A program made the position numbers and the translations under genes. Shown one piece after another: positions 48,025 to 57,815 of a DNA stretch of 64,000 bases. The stretch is from an uncultured virus (IMG/VR IMGVR_UViG_3300000116_000008) (taxonomy: Duplodnaviria; Heunggongvirae; Uroviricota; Caudoviricetes), in IMG/VR virus record IMGVR_UViG_3300000116_000008; one strand, given 5' to 3'. Position 1 is the stretch's first letter, and each line of letters begins with the position of its first letter. The notes under the pieces are model-generated. The model was not told the origin of the DNA. It ran no database searches and was given only the letters and a program-made list of their open reading frames with translations.

Positions 48025-50276
48025 TGCTCAGTGAGGTCACCCCAACTTGGCCCAATTTCGAAATCTACTTTAATAGGGCATTTTGGAATTGATAGTCCTC
48101 TATCTGTTTGAATACACTTTCTAGCATTTTCAATATATTCATCTACTAAATCTTCTCTAACTTCTGATACGATTGAGTCATGAACAACAGTAAAAGGCTT
48201 AATATCATCTGTATACTTTTTATGTTCTATCCATTTAACTAAATCAATTACACCTAAAATATTTATATCTGATGCTACTGACTGAACTAAGAAGTTTACC
48301 CCTGAACGAATTGCGTGCTGAGAAACTCCTCTGTTTGGAGATTTAGCTTCAGGTAGTCTACGTTTTCTACCGAAGAAAGAGTAGATAAAAGCATGATTTT
48401 CAATTTGTCGGTTTGAAGAGTCAATAAACTTTTTAAGTGAACGAGCTTCGTTAAAATACTTTTGAATAAATTGTTTTGATTGAGCACTAGTAATTTCTTC
48501 TCCTGCCTTAGCATCTTTATTAACAGTTTCTGCTATTTTCGCAGGTCCCGCTTGATACATGATTCCGAAAGTAATAGCTTTTGCGTATTGTCTCTCATTT
48601 GGGTGGAGTTTTTTAACATCGTTAACTTCACATGATAAATTGAACATTTGTTTCGCAACATACGAGTGAAAGTCAAGTTTATCAATAAAAGCTTTTTGCA
48701 GAAACTGATCACCACTAAGCATAGCTGCATAATAAACCTCTGCAGTACCAAGATCACATTGTACAATTTTGTAACCAGGCCTAGCTTTAAATAGTTTTTT
48801 GATATCTTTGTTATCTCTCGGTATATTTTGGTAGTTGAGATTCCCACTACTACTAAGGCGACCACTGGTGGTCCCATGAATATTAAAGCCACTTCTAAGC
48901 CTTCCATCACGATCTACTCCATTTTTGATATTTGAAATATAAGTACCAGCCATCTTAGATTTTTCTCTAAGTTCTAGTACTGCTTCAGATAAAGGATGCC
49001 CAAGATTTGATAATACTTCTTTATCAACTGACCAAGCACCTGTCTCTGTTTTTTTGGTTGGTTTTAGTTTTATAATATTAAAAAAGAGATCTCTAAGCTG
49101 CATAGTTGAGTTTGGATTAAAAGTTTTTTCATATACTCTTTCAAAACGTTGAACTGCCTCATGAGTGTTTATCTCTTCTAAACATTCTTCTACATCAATT
49201 TGGTATTGTTCTGCTAACCATGTAACTTGTTCTATATTGATAGGCCCACCGTTCTTTTCTAGAGTTTTCATAGCATGAGTTGCAGGCATTAGAATATTAT
49301 TATATAAATCATTAAATTCTTCACTTTTTTCAACAAGAGGTCTAAACTTACCATATAATTGAAAGGTTGCATCAGCATCTTTACAAGCATAAGGAGCTAA
49401 AATGTCGCTTGGTAACATACCATAATTAAAATCTGCTAGTTTTACTTTATTTTTCCTAGCCCATGATTTTTTATAGTCATCTAATTCTCTTTCATAATCT
49501 CCTAAATCTGTAAATCTAAGTGCTAAAGGCTTAAGACCATGAGTTCCGACAGACTCTTCTAAGCAATAATGTAATAACATTGTGTCTTCATACTGTGGAA
49601 ATTGAAATCCCATCTCAGTTTCCATATAATTTGTATCAAACTTAGCATTATGAAAAATACATAATTTGTTTACAAATAAGTCATGAAACCATTGTTTATG
49701 TTTATTAACTATATCTACCGATACATATATACCTTGATGAGGTCTTGTAGATATAGCAATACCTAGAATTGTACCAGTGTGAGGAGATACAGAAGTAGTT
49801 TCAATATCCACTACTAGTTTCTCTGCGTCTTCTAACTGATCTTTATATTGACTAAACTGTTCTTCAGTTTNTATAAAACAATAGTCTTTCTCAGCTTGCT
49901 TACCTACGTCTTCGCCTTGTAAAAGTTTTGGAATTTGTAAAAAGGCTNTTTTAATATCATCTTGTAATTGTGGTTTGATGATAGTTATATTAGGATGCAT
50001 AATAGGTAAATACTTTTTTTCTAAGAAAACCCCATTATATTTTTGTATGCCTGTCATACCTGCAACATATTTTAAAGAATCAGCGCCTATAGGAGCTAAT
50101 ATTTTGTAATTATCTAATTCCGTCATTTCTAAATCAATATCTTTTTTTAGAATTTTTTCTTTTCTACCAGAATGTAAATATTTTACATCGTAATCTACAT
50201 CTTTTAAGTATTTATCAATTATTTTATTTGCATCTTTTTCTATAGCACTTGCAAATACAAAACACACATCATTCAT
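48021..50276 (-). CDS. polA: family A DNA polymerase with 3'-5' exonuclease
   Basis: DIETT, HNAKFD, YACKDA, TTSGRLSS, RQYAKAITFGIMY, VHDS. Confidence 0.97.
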   Translation of the reverse strand: MNDVCFVFASAIEKDANKIIDKYLKDVDYDVKYLHSGRKEKILKKDIDLEMTELDNYKILAPIGADSLKYVAGMTGIQKYNGVFLEKKYLPIMHPNITIIKPQLQDDIKXAFLQIPKLLQGEDVGKQAEKDYCFIXTEEQFSQYKDQLEDAEKLVVDIETTSVSPHTGTILGIAISTRPHQGIYVSVDIVNKHKQWFHDLFVNKLCIFHNAKFDTNYMETEMGFQFPQYEDTMLLHYCLEESVGTHGLKPLALRFTDLGDYERELDDYKKSWARKNKVKLADFNYGMLPSDILAPYACKDADATFQLYGKFRPLVEKSEEFNDLYNNILMPATHAMKTLEKNGGPINIEQVTWLAEQYQIDVEECLEEINTHEAVQRFERVYEKTFNPNSTMQLRDLFFNIIKLKPTKKTETGAWSVDKEVLSNLGHPLSEAVLELREKSKMAGTYISNIKNGVDRDGRLRSGFNIHGTTSGRLSSSGNLNYQNIPRDNKDIKKLFKARPGYKIVQCDLGTAEVYYAAMLSGDQFLQKAFIDKLDFHSYVAKQMFNLSCEVNDVKKLHPNERQYAKAITFGIMYQAGPAKIAETVNKDAKAGEEITSAQSKQFIQKYFNEARSLKKFIDSSNRQIENHAFIYSFFGRKRRLPEAKSPNRGVSQHAIRSGVNFLVQSVASDINILGVIDLVKWIEHKKYTDDIKPFTVVHDSIVSEVREDLVDEYIENARKCIQTDRGLSIPKCPIKVDFEIGPSWGDLTEQ

Positions 50277-51477
50277 TTATTATCTCCGTTATTTGTCTAG
50301 CTGTATACGCACTTAATGTCCACCCTAAATGTCCATGTCCTGTATTATACCAAACATTAGGGTGTTTGCCAACTTTAACTATCGGCATCATGTTAGGAGT
50401 CATAGGACGTAAACCTGCCCATGACTTGTAATCTCGTAGCTCTAATTTTGGGAAATACTCTCTAACCCAGTTCATTAAAGGCGTGATTCTATCTATTCTA
50501 ATATCTCTATTTTGGCCATTAAATTCAGCTGTTCCAGCAACTCTGAATACACTTCCTAATGTAGAGGTAACTATTTTAGCTTCATCATCTAATAAAGAAA
50601 CTTTAGGAGCATGTTCTTCTTGCCCTTTTATATTTATACTAACCGAGTAACCTTTTACTGGGTATATAGGTATATTATCACCTAATTCCTTACCTATTTT
50701 CTTTGAGTATACTCCCCCACAAATTACAAGACCTTCATAATGTAAGTCATTTTTATTTCTATCAGTGAGTCTCCATCTTTTCTTATTACGGCTTAATCCC
50801 AGACAGGCTTTATTATACCAATCAATTCTAGTGTCATATCTAAACTTAACACCCATAGTTTCACATTTCTTAGCTAGATTATAACAGAACTTGTGTATAT
50901 CTCCAACTCCGTCATAGCTAGTATACATACCCCCAACAATACCGTCTGCTTTTAGTGTAGGCTCTTTTAGCTTAACCATATTTTCATTTATTACACTACG
51001 ATGTAAACCTCCAGATTTATATAACTCGTTTACCTTTTTTGCATGATTATACTCTTTTTCACTCTTGTATATGTGCATAATTCCACAATCACTTCTATCA
51101 TATTCGATATCTTCAAATTCTGTTCTCATAATACGAATAGAGTGCATTGCCATTTCAGTAGTGGTCATTGTATTTTCTTTGGCGTGTTTAATATTAGCTA
51201 TAAATTGCAACAACCATTTATATTTTGCGAAATCTAAATCATAACGCATTTTAAGTGGTGCATCTCTCTTAAAAGACCAGGCTATACCTTTAGCAACATT
51301 TGCCCATGAGTTCCACACTTCTGAGTTCGAGGCTGACAGTTGACCTCCATTTGCGTGCGATGCAAGCATTGCGGGATGCATGTTTGCATCTATAACAGTG
51401 ACTTTGTGCCCTGACTGTCGTAAAAAATACGCAGTTGTCACTCCTGTTATTCCTGCTCCAATTACTGCTAATTTCAT
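50269..51477 (-). CDS. dadA: D-amino acid dehydrogenase (FAD)
   Basis: GAGITG, ASHANGGQLS, IYPVKGYS, WAGLRPMTP, NTGHGHLGWT. Confidence 0.9.
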   Translation of the reverse strand: MKLAVIGAGITGVTTAYFLRQSGHKVTVIDANMHPAMLASHANGGQLSASNSEVWNSWANVAKGIAWSFKRDAPLKMRYDLDFAKYKWLLQFIANIKHAKENTMTTTEMAMHSIRIMRTEFEDIEYDRSDCGIMHIYKSEKEYNHAKKVNELYKSGGLHRSVINENMVKLKEPTLKADGIVGGMYTSYDGVGDIHKFCYNLAKKCETMGVKFRYDTRIDWYNKACLGLSRNKKRWRLTDRNKNDLHYEGLVICGGVYSKKIGKELGDNIPIYPVKGYSVSINIKGQEEHAPKVSLLDDEAKIVTSTLGSVFRVAGTAEFNGQNRDIRIDRITPLMNWVREYFPKLELRDYKSWAGLRPMTPNMMPIVKVGKHPNVWYNTGHGHLGWTLSAYTARQITEIINE

Positions 51478-52331
51478 CGAATGTAATCCTTTGCTTGTAT
51501 TAAGTTTAAATCACCTGGATCTACTCCTATCGGTAATTTTATGTTTCTTGAGACAATATTTCTTGAGTCTAGTAACCCTGCTATCTTATTCGCCGCCATT
51601 TGGCCTGGGGCATCAGGGTCCATTAGTATATCAACCTTTGTTACGCCAATCCTATCTAATATTTCTAATTTATGTTTACCAAAGTTAGCTGCACCGAATA
51701 TACACATAGTATTTTTATATCCTAGTTGCCACATATTTAACATATCAAATATTCCTTCGACTAAAATAACATAATTAGTATTTTTAATCTTATCTAACGG
51801 AAATAAAATATTACCTACACGACCATTTTTTGGTTGTCTGTAATATTTTGATTTTCCTGTAACTGACTTCATTAATCTTCCTTCTATAAATTTAAGTTTA
51901 CCAAATTGATAGACGGGAAAGCAAATATAATCTTGAAACCCCATCTGCTCTGTTGTAAACGCTTGAAATTCTTTCATTGTTCTTGCATCTATATTTTTAA
52001 ATTCACCAACATACACCTGTCGTTCAGAAGGAATCCTAATATCATCTGCCTCTATAACATTTCTAATTTTATCTCGTAATTTTTTAATTTTATAAGGTTG
52101 TTTACTATCAACATCCAATATAACTGTTTCACCTATAGATTTCATGAATTTAGTTATACCACCACTAAAATCACAACTCCAACAATGGAATACATTTTTC
52201 TCAAGATTATATGAAAGACTAGGAGATTTGTCTGTATGTTCTCCGCTAGTACAAGAGATTAAAATTTCTGTAGGATTATTAGTTTTTTTATATTCTATCC
52301 CTCTACTGTCCAGTAATTCTACTAGATCCAT
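51474..52331 (-). CDS. DNA primase (Zn finger + TOPRIM)
   Basis: C..H.D..PS..HCWSC; LVEGIFD; MDPD. Confidence 0.9.
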   Translation of the reverse strand: MDLVELLDSRGIEYKKTNNPTEILISCTSGEHTDKSPSLSYNLEKNVFHCWSCDFSGGITKFMKSIGETVILDVDSKQPYKIKKLRDKIRNVIEADDIRIPSERQVYVGEFKNIDARTMKEFQAFTTEQMGFQDYICFPVYQFGKLKFIEGRLMKSVTGKSKYYRQPKNGRVGNILFPLDKIKNTNYVILVEGIFDMLNMWQLGYKNTMCIFGAANFGKHKLEILDRIGVTKVDILMDPDAPGQMAANKIAGLLDSRNIVSRNIKLPIGVDPGDLNLIQAKDYIR

Positions 52332-52522
52332 TTTCTGTTTCCTAGTAAAACTCGTTTAGCTTTATTCATAAAAATTATCTGATCGTTATCTAACCCAGCA
52401 TAAAATCTTAACAGTTTTAAATAACTATCCCAAGCAGTTTGCGCAATTATCTTATCTTTCATGTGTTGATTAGTTTTTAGTAAGGTTATTAGTTCTTCAA
52501 TATTTTTTTGTACTATACTCAT
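52322..52522 (-). CDS. hypothetical protein
   Basis: Overlap-coupled between helicase and primase. Confidence 0.5.
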   Translation of the reverse strand: MSIVQKNIEELITLLKTNQHMKDKIIAQTAWDSYLKLLRFYAGLDNDQIIFMNKAKRVLLGNRKWI

Positions 52523-53907
52523 AAATCTTGTGACCTTTCTTGTTTATCTGATCCGAATTTTACTGCGTTATGGGGTTTTTCATTAATTACGTTTGAGGTG
52601 TTTGGATTGATTTTTACACAACTCCAATCCATTAATACATCAAAACTCATATGCTTACCGTTTCTCATTTTTGTTGTGTGTATTGATATTTTACTTTCTA
52701 ACTCTCTGTCTTCTCCCTCAGCTGGAGGAAAAAAGTTAAAACTACGATCTGCAGAATCAAGTATACCTTTTGCAAACCTAGCTTCTCCTGTAGCATCTAT
52801 TTGATATGGAGAAATCATTGTTAAATCATACTTTCTTGATAGACCTTTTAGGTTATCTGCTATTGTGATTTGTGTTTTCCAATCTTTTTGATCATCATGT
52901 TTTACAATATTTATATAATCAACAACTGCCATATTATAATCTGGATACTTAGAAGAAAACATATTACAATAATGATCTATTCTATTAAGAGTTAGCGACT
53001 CATCATCTATCATAAATAACCTATGATCTTTTAAGCCTGGTCGTTCTATCTTCACTCTTTTTTCAAAATTTTTAAAATCTTTTGTATATTCTAATTCTTT
53101 TATCATCTTATCTATTTTGTCTGAAGGTTTGTAAAAGTTTTCAAACTTTGCTTTAGCCATTTGTATTTTTTGTTTATCATTAAGTTTATTCCTAAAAATA
53201 TCTAAAAATGGAACACCAGAAATAATAGATAATACTCTATCATAAACTTCTTTATACCTCATCTCGATTGTAAAGAACGCTACAGTATTTCCTTGTAAAA
53301 ATCTATTGAGGGCTAAGTTAAGCGATATAATAGATTTACCAGAGCCTCTTCTACCTCCTAGTAATACCAGCTCCTGTGTAGCAAACCCTCCGTTTATTGC
53401 GTCAAATTCATTTGATAATCCTGATGGATATATTTTAAAATCGTCTTCGTTTGGAAAAAATTCTAGCTCTGCAACATCGTAGAGTTCATCATCATGGGGT
53501 ATAGCCTGATTCAAGTGTAATAGATGATTTTGGAATTTGTCAACAATTTCTACTTTTTCTAAATCTTCAAGTTGATCAACGAATTTATCCATAAAATTAA
53601 TTGTTTCATCACGAATGTAAAAGTCTTGTAACTGTGCAACTAAGAATTCATCTTGTATTTGGTCATTACTATTATCGTCTGCACAAATTTGATTTTCTAT
53701 ATACTCTTGTAATCCTGTATCTTTTCTTATAGTAAGAATCTCATCAGTCGACGGTAGACGAGTATTTGCCTTATAAAAAGACTTAATCTTTTCATATAAA
53801 ACAAAATTAATACCTGTAAAATATTGATTTAGTAATTTAGAATAAAGGTCGTTACTCTGCGTATCAAGTAATCTACGCAGAGTGAGTTTTTGTAAATCTA
53901 TTGCCAT
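52519..53907 (-). CDS. DnaB-like replicative helicase (T5 D6-like)
   Basis: GRRGSGKS, FTIEM, VVDY, SPYQ, KMRNG. Confidence 0.9.
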   Translation of the reverse strand: MAIDLQKLTLRRLLDTQSNDLYSKLLNQYFTGINFVLYEKIKSFYKANTRLPSTDEILTIRKDTGLQEYIENQICADDNSNDQIQDEFLVAQLQDFYIRDETINFMDKFVDQLEDLEKVEIVDKFQNHLLHLNQAIPHDDELYDVAELEFFPNEDDFKIYPSGLSNEFDAINGGFATQELVLLGGRRGSGKSIISLNLALNRFLQGNTVAFFTIEMRYKEVYDRVLSIISGVPFLDIFRNKLNDKQKIQMAKAKFENFYKPSDKIDKMIKELEYTKDFKNFEKRVKIERPGLKDHRLFMIDDESLTLNRIDHYCNMFSSKYPDYNMAVVDYINIVKHDDQKDWKTQITIADNLKGLSRKYDLTMISPYQIDATGEARFAKGILDSADRSFNFFPPAEGEDRELESKISIHTTKMRNGKHMSFDVLMDWSCVKINPNTSNVINEKPHNAVKFGSDKQERSQDL

Positions 53908-54680
53908 TAAGCCGCCTTGACAGGAAAAAGTTGGTCACGAGTAGCATTTACATAGCCTCCGTGATCGCCTTGTCTATATAGTAGGTAAGATTCCCTACCT
54001 GTTTCTTCTATTATTCTACTAACATTATTACGTTTATGCAAGAAAGCACTTAACTTACGTGTCGGCAAAACCTCTCCTTCAATCATCCAATAAATCTCGT
54101 AGTGAACTCCCTCAGTAGGTTCTGAATATCTACCTGCCTTGCCATTGGCCCCAGGTTTAAAAGGGTATATTTCGATGTATTTTTGATAACCGTTTTCATA
54201 GGTATCAATCCATTCTTCATCATAAACTTCTTTTACTACTGCAAAAGTATTTTCTTTTGCTAAAAACACTTTATCTCCAGTTCTAAATCTTACTTCAAGA
54301 TCTTGTATAACATGCTCGACATTAGCTGCTTTACCTTTACCTCTGGCACGTATAGGCACATTCATCTCTATTAAAATATTTTTAATTCTTTGAGGCGAAA
54401 TATAATATGTCTTAGCTAAGGAAGATTGAGTATCTCCATTAAGATAAGAGTCTGCTATGGATTTCTTTTCTTCACTAGTAAACTTCTTGAGACGCGCCTT
54501 CTTTTTTAGGGCAGCTTCCTTGTCAATATTATTATGAAATTCTTGAATGATATTATCAAGTCTTTTGGTATTATATGCTATACCTAGATGTTCGCAGACT
54601 TGTTTCTTAGTCTTTTTTGCTTTTAACATCCAAATAGCTTGTCGGATTTTGGCTTCCGATATGCCTGTTGCTTTTGCCAT
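53907..54680 (-). CDS. putative helix-turn-helix DNA-binding protein (start corrected to 54680)
   Basis: KKQVCEHLGIAYNTKRL and a second HTH-like segment; SD AGGAG. Confidence 0.6.
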   Translation of the reverse strand: MAKATGISEAKIRQAIWMLKAKKTKKQVCEHLGIAYNTKRLDNIIQEFHNNIDKEAALKKKARLKKFTSEEKKSIADSYLNGDTQSSLAKTYYISPQRIKNILIEMNVPIRARGKGKAANVEHVIQDLEVRFRTGDKVFLAKENTFAVVKEVYDEEWIDTYENGYQKYIEIYPFKPGANGKAGRYSEPTEGVHYEIYWMIEGEVLPTRKLSAFLHKRNNVSRIIEETGRESYLLYRQGDHGGYVNATRDQLFPVKAA

Positions 54681-54702
54681 GAATACTCCTGTGATTTTCT
54701 TT

Positions 54703-54731
54703 ATTATAATAAAAGTCAAGCAGTTTGGCAA
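54703..54731 (-). promoter_or_regulatory. sigma70-type promoter
   Basis: TTGCCA-17 nt-TATAAT. Confidence 0.7.
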
Positions 54732-54739
54732 TAATTATC

Positions 54740-55048
54740 TTAGTGAGTTATGAGATCATCGTCTGTATAATATAAATCTGACCATACGTTTCTTATTAAA
54801 CCAGTTTGGGTATACACTATTATAAACTTTTCATTAAAGAACCTATTAGATCTATACATTTTTTCTACATAAAAGGAACTAACGTAATTTTCTAATATAT
54901 CCTTAAATTGAGCTGAGTTTTCGTCTATTTTAGGGTAAAACTTTTTAGCTAATTTTGTGAAATACAGAGATTTTGCCTCTGGATGTAGAGACAAAACATG
55001 ATCTAAAGCCTCTTCAGGTATATTTTCTAAAATAAATTCTTCAGCCAT
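54740..55048 (-). CDS. hypothetical protein
   Basis: ORF track; coupled to neighbours. Confidence 0.55.
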   Translation of the reverse strand: MAEEFILENIPEEALDHVLSLHPEAKSLYFTKLAKKFYPKIDENSAQFKDILENYVSSFYVEKMYRSNRFFNEKFIIVYTQTGLIRNVWSDLYYTDDDLITH

Positions 55049-55265
55049 TTAACTCTACTTTCCAACTACCAGGATTATGTGGTTCTGTCTCCCATGAACT
55101 TGCAGGATTACAAGCTTCACACCAACTTGGGAACTCTTTTTGTATTGCACCTTGTCCTGTAATTACTCTAATATATTTTTCTTCTTTATAATTTATATGT
55201 GCAAAATCCATAAATATTTTCCATGCTTCGTGAAGGGTTTTTCCGTGTAAATCAACTGTTTTCAT
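55041..55265 (-). CDS. stand-alone Smr domain protein
   Basis: VDLHG..VITGQG..NPGS. Confidence 0.8.
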   Translation of the reverse strand: MKTVDLHGKTLHEAWKIFMDFAHINYKEEKYIRVITGQGAIQKEFPSWCEACNPASSWETEPHNPGSWKVELNG

Positions 55266-55711
55266 TTTTCTTCTCTTAATATATCTTTATAGTAAGTATT
55301 TGTCCATAAATTATAGTATGTAGTGGTTTTTAAATGTGTTCTCGCTTTTTGTAAATCTTCTTTAGACTGAATTAAGAACAAAATACGTTTTCCATTACCT
55401 GTATAGTTACCGTCAATATATCCTGGCTTGTCTGGATGGTCTAAAAGTGTTATCGTGTCTTTTGCAAATAGATTACACTCATATTCTATATAAGATGCTT
55501 CTTCTACTGTCATGGAGGAATCTGCTAATTCACAAATCATCAAATCGTACTCACCTTTCCAATAAATTGCATATTTTAGGAGTGTAACTCTATCTAAGTG
55601 CGTATATATTTTGTATTTTGCTTTTCTTGCGTATGGACATATTTGATACCCGTTAATAGGGGTTGTTATTCGTTTAATCCATTTTTCTATATCTTTATAG
55701 ATATTGCTCAC
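55262..55711 (-). CDS. hypothetical protein (DUF1415-like)
   Basis: WI..CPYA..DHP pattern. Confidence 0.4.
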   Translation of the reverse strand: MSNIYKDIEKWIKRITTPINGYQICPYARKAKYKIYTHLDRVTLLKYAIYWKGEYDLMICELADSSMTVEEASYIEYECNLFAKDTITLLDHPDKPGYIDGNYTGNGKRILFLIQSKEDLQKARTHLKTTTYYNLWTNTYYKDILREEK

Positions 55712-56729
55712 AATTACCTTCTCTTTCTAGATCAAGCGACATACAGTGTACCCCGCCGTCCCAAAAAAATCTATGTCTAACAGGGCATATTATCGGTTCT
55801 ATTTTGTGTTTTTTAAAGTAATCAAAAACTTCTTTTCTATAATGCGAAACAATTACGTGGTTCTCATCTAAAGATAAACAATTTACATCAAATAAGGTTT
55901 CTTTTGCATACCCTACCCAATCTGAAAACCATGTTGTTATTGTTTGGTTCCAAACATCATCAATGTATTTGCTATCTTTAAATAAATAAGATTTTGTGTC
56001 GTTTTGATAGATATTCCACTTTTTCATCGATTCAAACGCTGGTTCTACTTGAAAAGCATCCCAATCTTTAAATATGTTCTTTGTATAGCCTTCTGCCTCT
56101 AAACAAGTTAATATAACTCCTGGTTTTAGTACTGAAAAAACCCCATCTGCGTGACTTATATTAGCTTTGAATTGAAAATTATGTGTAGTAAGATATATTA
56201 TGTTATACCCTAAAGGCTCTAACCAGCTTTTTAAATATTCAACAGACTCTGGATCATTAGACTTCATATCTCTCTGTCTATCAATAATAATATCCTTACC
56301 CAATCTAACAATTGAAGGAGGCATTAAATTATAAGTTTTGCTATTACGGACAATTCTGTTCTTATACTTTTGTAGTGGGTACAAGTAATCTACAGATGTT
56401 ATTAAAGCTTCTTGCGCGCATACCAGCTTATTGTCTAAAACTATTAGATCATCACGAGGATTCATAAGATAAGGAGTAAATTCTATATCTTCTGACTCCC
56501 ATTTTATACTATACTCGGGTCTTATTACTTTAGCACCAAAGTCTGTACAAATTTTTGCTAAGTTTTGATAATCTTCCTCAGTCTCGTCAAGTAAATCAAC
56601 TAATAATCTTTTAGTGCTTGGACTTAATTTTGATCGCATATATGGATTTTTAACTATTGTACTAGGTAACCCTCTACCTATTAAAACTGTTTTTAATTTT
56701 TGAAATTCTGTGTGTGCTTTTATTCCCAT
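55695..56729 (-). CDS. amidinotransferase (glycine/inosamine-phosphate amidinotransferase-like; start corrected to 56729)
   Basis: LKTVLIG, PRDD, HADG, GGVHCMSLDL pentein catalytic pattern. Confidence 0.85.
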   Translation of the reverse strand: MGIKAHTEFQKLKTVLIGRGLPSTIVKNPYMRSKLSPSTKRLLVDLLDETEEDYQNLAKICTDFGAKVIRPEYSIKWESEDIEFTPYLMNPRDDLIVLDNKLVCAQEALITSVDYLYPLQKYKNRIVRNSKTYNLMPPSIVRLGKDIIIDRQRDMKSNDPESVEYLKSWLEPLGYNIIYLTTHNFQFKANISHADGVFSVLKPGVILTCLEAEGYTKNIFKDWDAFQVEPAFESMKKWNIYQNDTKSYLFKDSKYIDDVWNQTITTWFSDWVGYAKETLFDVNCLSLDENHVIVSHYRKEVFDYFKKHKIEPIICPVRHRFFWDGGVHCMSLDLEREGNCEQYL

Positions 56730-56742
56730 GTACGTCTTTCTA

Positions 56743-56824
56743 TTCAAATTTTTGACAAAAAATATCGTCAATATTTTGACTATGCCAAATTATTGACGCT
56801 GACGCAAGTGTCAAATATTTGACA
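56743..56824. repeat. four GTCAA-N4-TTGAC palindromic sites
   Basis: Copies start at 56743 (TTCAA), 56767, 56784 (GCCAA), 56810; the last is a perfect 16-bp palindrome TGTCAAATATTTGACA. Confidence 0.8.
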
Positions 56825-56846
56825 ACTTTTTCCCATCAATTATAAT
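56819..56846 (+). promoter_or_regulatory. consensus sigma70 promoter on the antisense strand
   Basis: TTGACA-16 nt-TATAAT. Confidence 0.5.
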
Positions 56847-56925
56847 GCTTTTAGGAGATGCATCATGCTTATTTATATTTTTTACTTTTTAGTGTTTTTA
56901 ATACTTTACTTTTATTTTTAGAAAC

Positions 56926-56960
56926 AAAAAAAGGGCGACAATAGAACCTGCCACCCTTTT
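56926..56960 (-). terminator. intrinsic terminator after the D5-like gene
   Basis: Minus strand GGGTGGCA-loop-TGTCGCCC-TTTTTTT; wobble pairs form only on this strand. Confidence 0.8.
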
Positions 56961-56988
56961 ATATCCCCCCAAGGATTCGATTACTCGA

Positions 56989-57672
56989 CTACTCGTTAGA
57001 TGCTTTAGGAGTATAGTCTGCACAAGCAAGACCACGTCTTGTAAGTACAGTTTTGACACCTCTAACTGTTTTGTCAAATGCTTCTGCAATCTCTTCAACA
57101 GTTTGGTCAAGCATATCTTCGATACCAGCATATGGATCTGCTTTTGAATCTTTTTTATCTCTTTGTGGAGCTTTAAGACCCATAGACAGTAACTTACCTC
57201 TTATTGAGTTTACTGATCTACCCATGGCATCAGCAATCTCTTCTAAGTATGAACCGCCTTCAACCATATCACTGATTTTTGACTCTTCGTCTTCTGAATA
57301 AGTTCTAGGAGTAACTTTCTTTTCAGCAGGCTTGACATGTGATGTCATCTCTAATGATAATGCTTTACCATTGATTTGCCTTGCTGTAAATTTATTTCCA
57401 GCAAACTGTTGAGCAATTTCTTCAGCTGTAAGATTTCCAGAATTTGCCTCTAGGAAAGATGCTAATTCGTCTGTCTCATCAGCAGAGAACACAGGAGCAG
57501 CGCCTGGCTTTTTAGGAACGTCGTAACCTAGTTTTCTTAACTTAGCAGTTACAGAACGTCTTGGAAAATCGAATTCTTCCATTAAAGATTCGATTATTTC
57601 TTCAGTTACACCACTACCTGCAACGTCGTGCATACGTGTAACCATGTCTTCAGTGTATTCAAATTTTGACAT
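56989..57672 (-). CDS. D5: T5 D5-like DNA-binding protein/transcription regulator
   Basis: RSVTAKLRKLG, GKALSLEMT, SIRGKLLS, RGVKTVLTRRGL HTH repeats; position after ligase. Confidence 0.88.
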   Translation of the reverse strand: MSKFEYTEDMVTRMHDVAGSGVTEEIIESLMEEFDFPRRSVTAKLRKLGYDVPKKPGAAPVFSADETDELASFLEANSGNLTAEEIAQQFAGNKFTARQINGKALSLEMTSHVKPAEKKVTPRTYSEDEESKISDMVEGGSYLEEIADAMGRSVNSIRGKLLSMGLKAPQRDKKDSKADPYAGIEDMLDQTVEEIAEAFDKTVRGVKTVLTRRGLACADYTPKASNE

Positions 57673-57742
57673 ATTATGATCCCCTCTGATCGTTAGTTAT
57701 TGAATTTTTCAAGAGTTTCTTTTTCTCTTGACTTGTATAAAG

Positions 57743-57771
57743 ATATTACCGAAAATATTTATAAGAAGCAA
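57743..57771 (-). promoter_or_regulatory. sigma70-type promoter for the D5-like gene
   Basis: TTGCTT-17 nt-TAATAT; TCAAGAG/CTCTTGA hairpin in the leader. Confidence 0.6.
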
Positions 57772-57815
57772 CTGAAAATTAAAGGTAACTGCTTTCATGG
57801 TTCTTTTTAATTCTC

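Noticed and set aside
36249..50276. Introns or inteins in nrdA, nrdB or polA
   Set aside because: Frames are continuous and of normal length; the nrdB insertion is short with no splicing motifs
56743..56824. FNR/CRP-type binding sites
   Set aside because: Half-sites face the opposite way (GTCAA-N4-TTGAC rather than TTGAT-N4-ATCAA)
56898..57131. 77-aa ORF overlapping the D5-like gene
   Set aside because: Alternative frame crossing the terminator, with no SD
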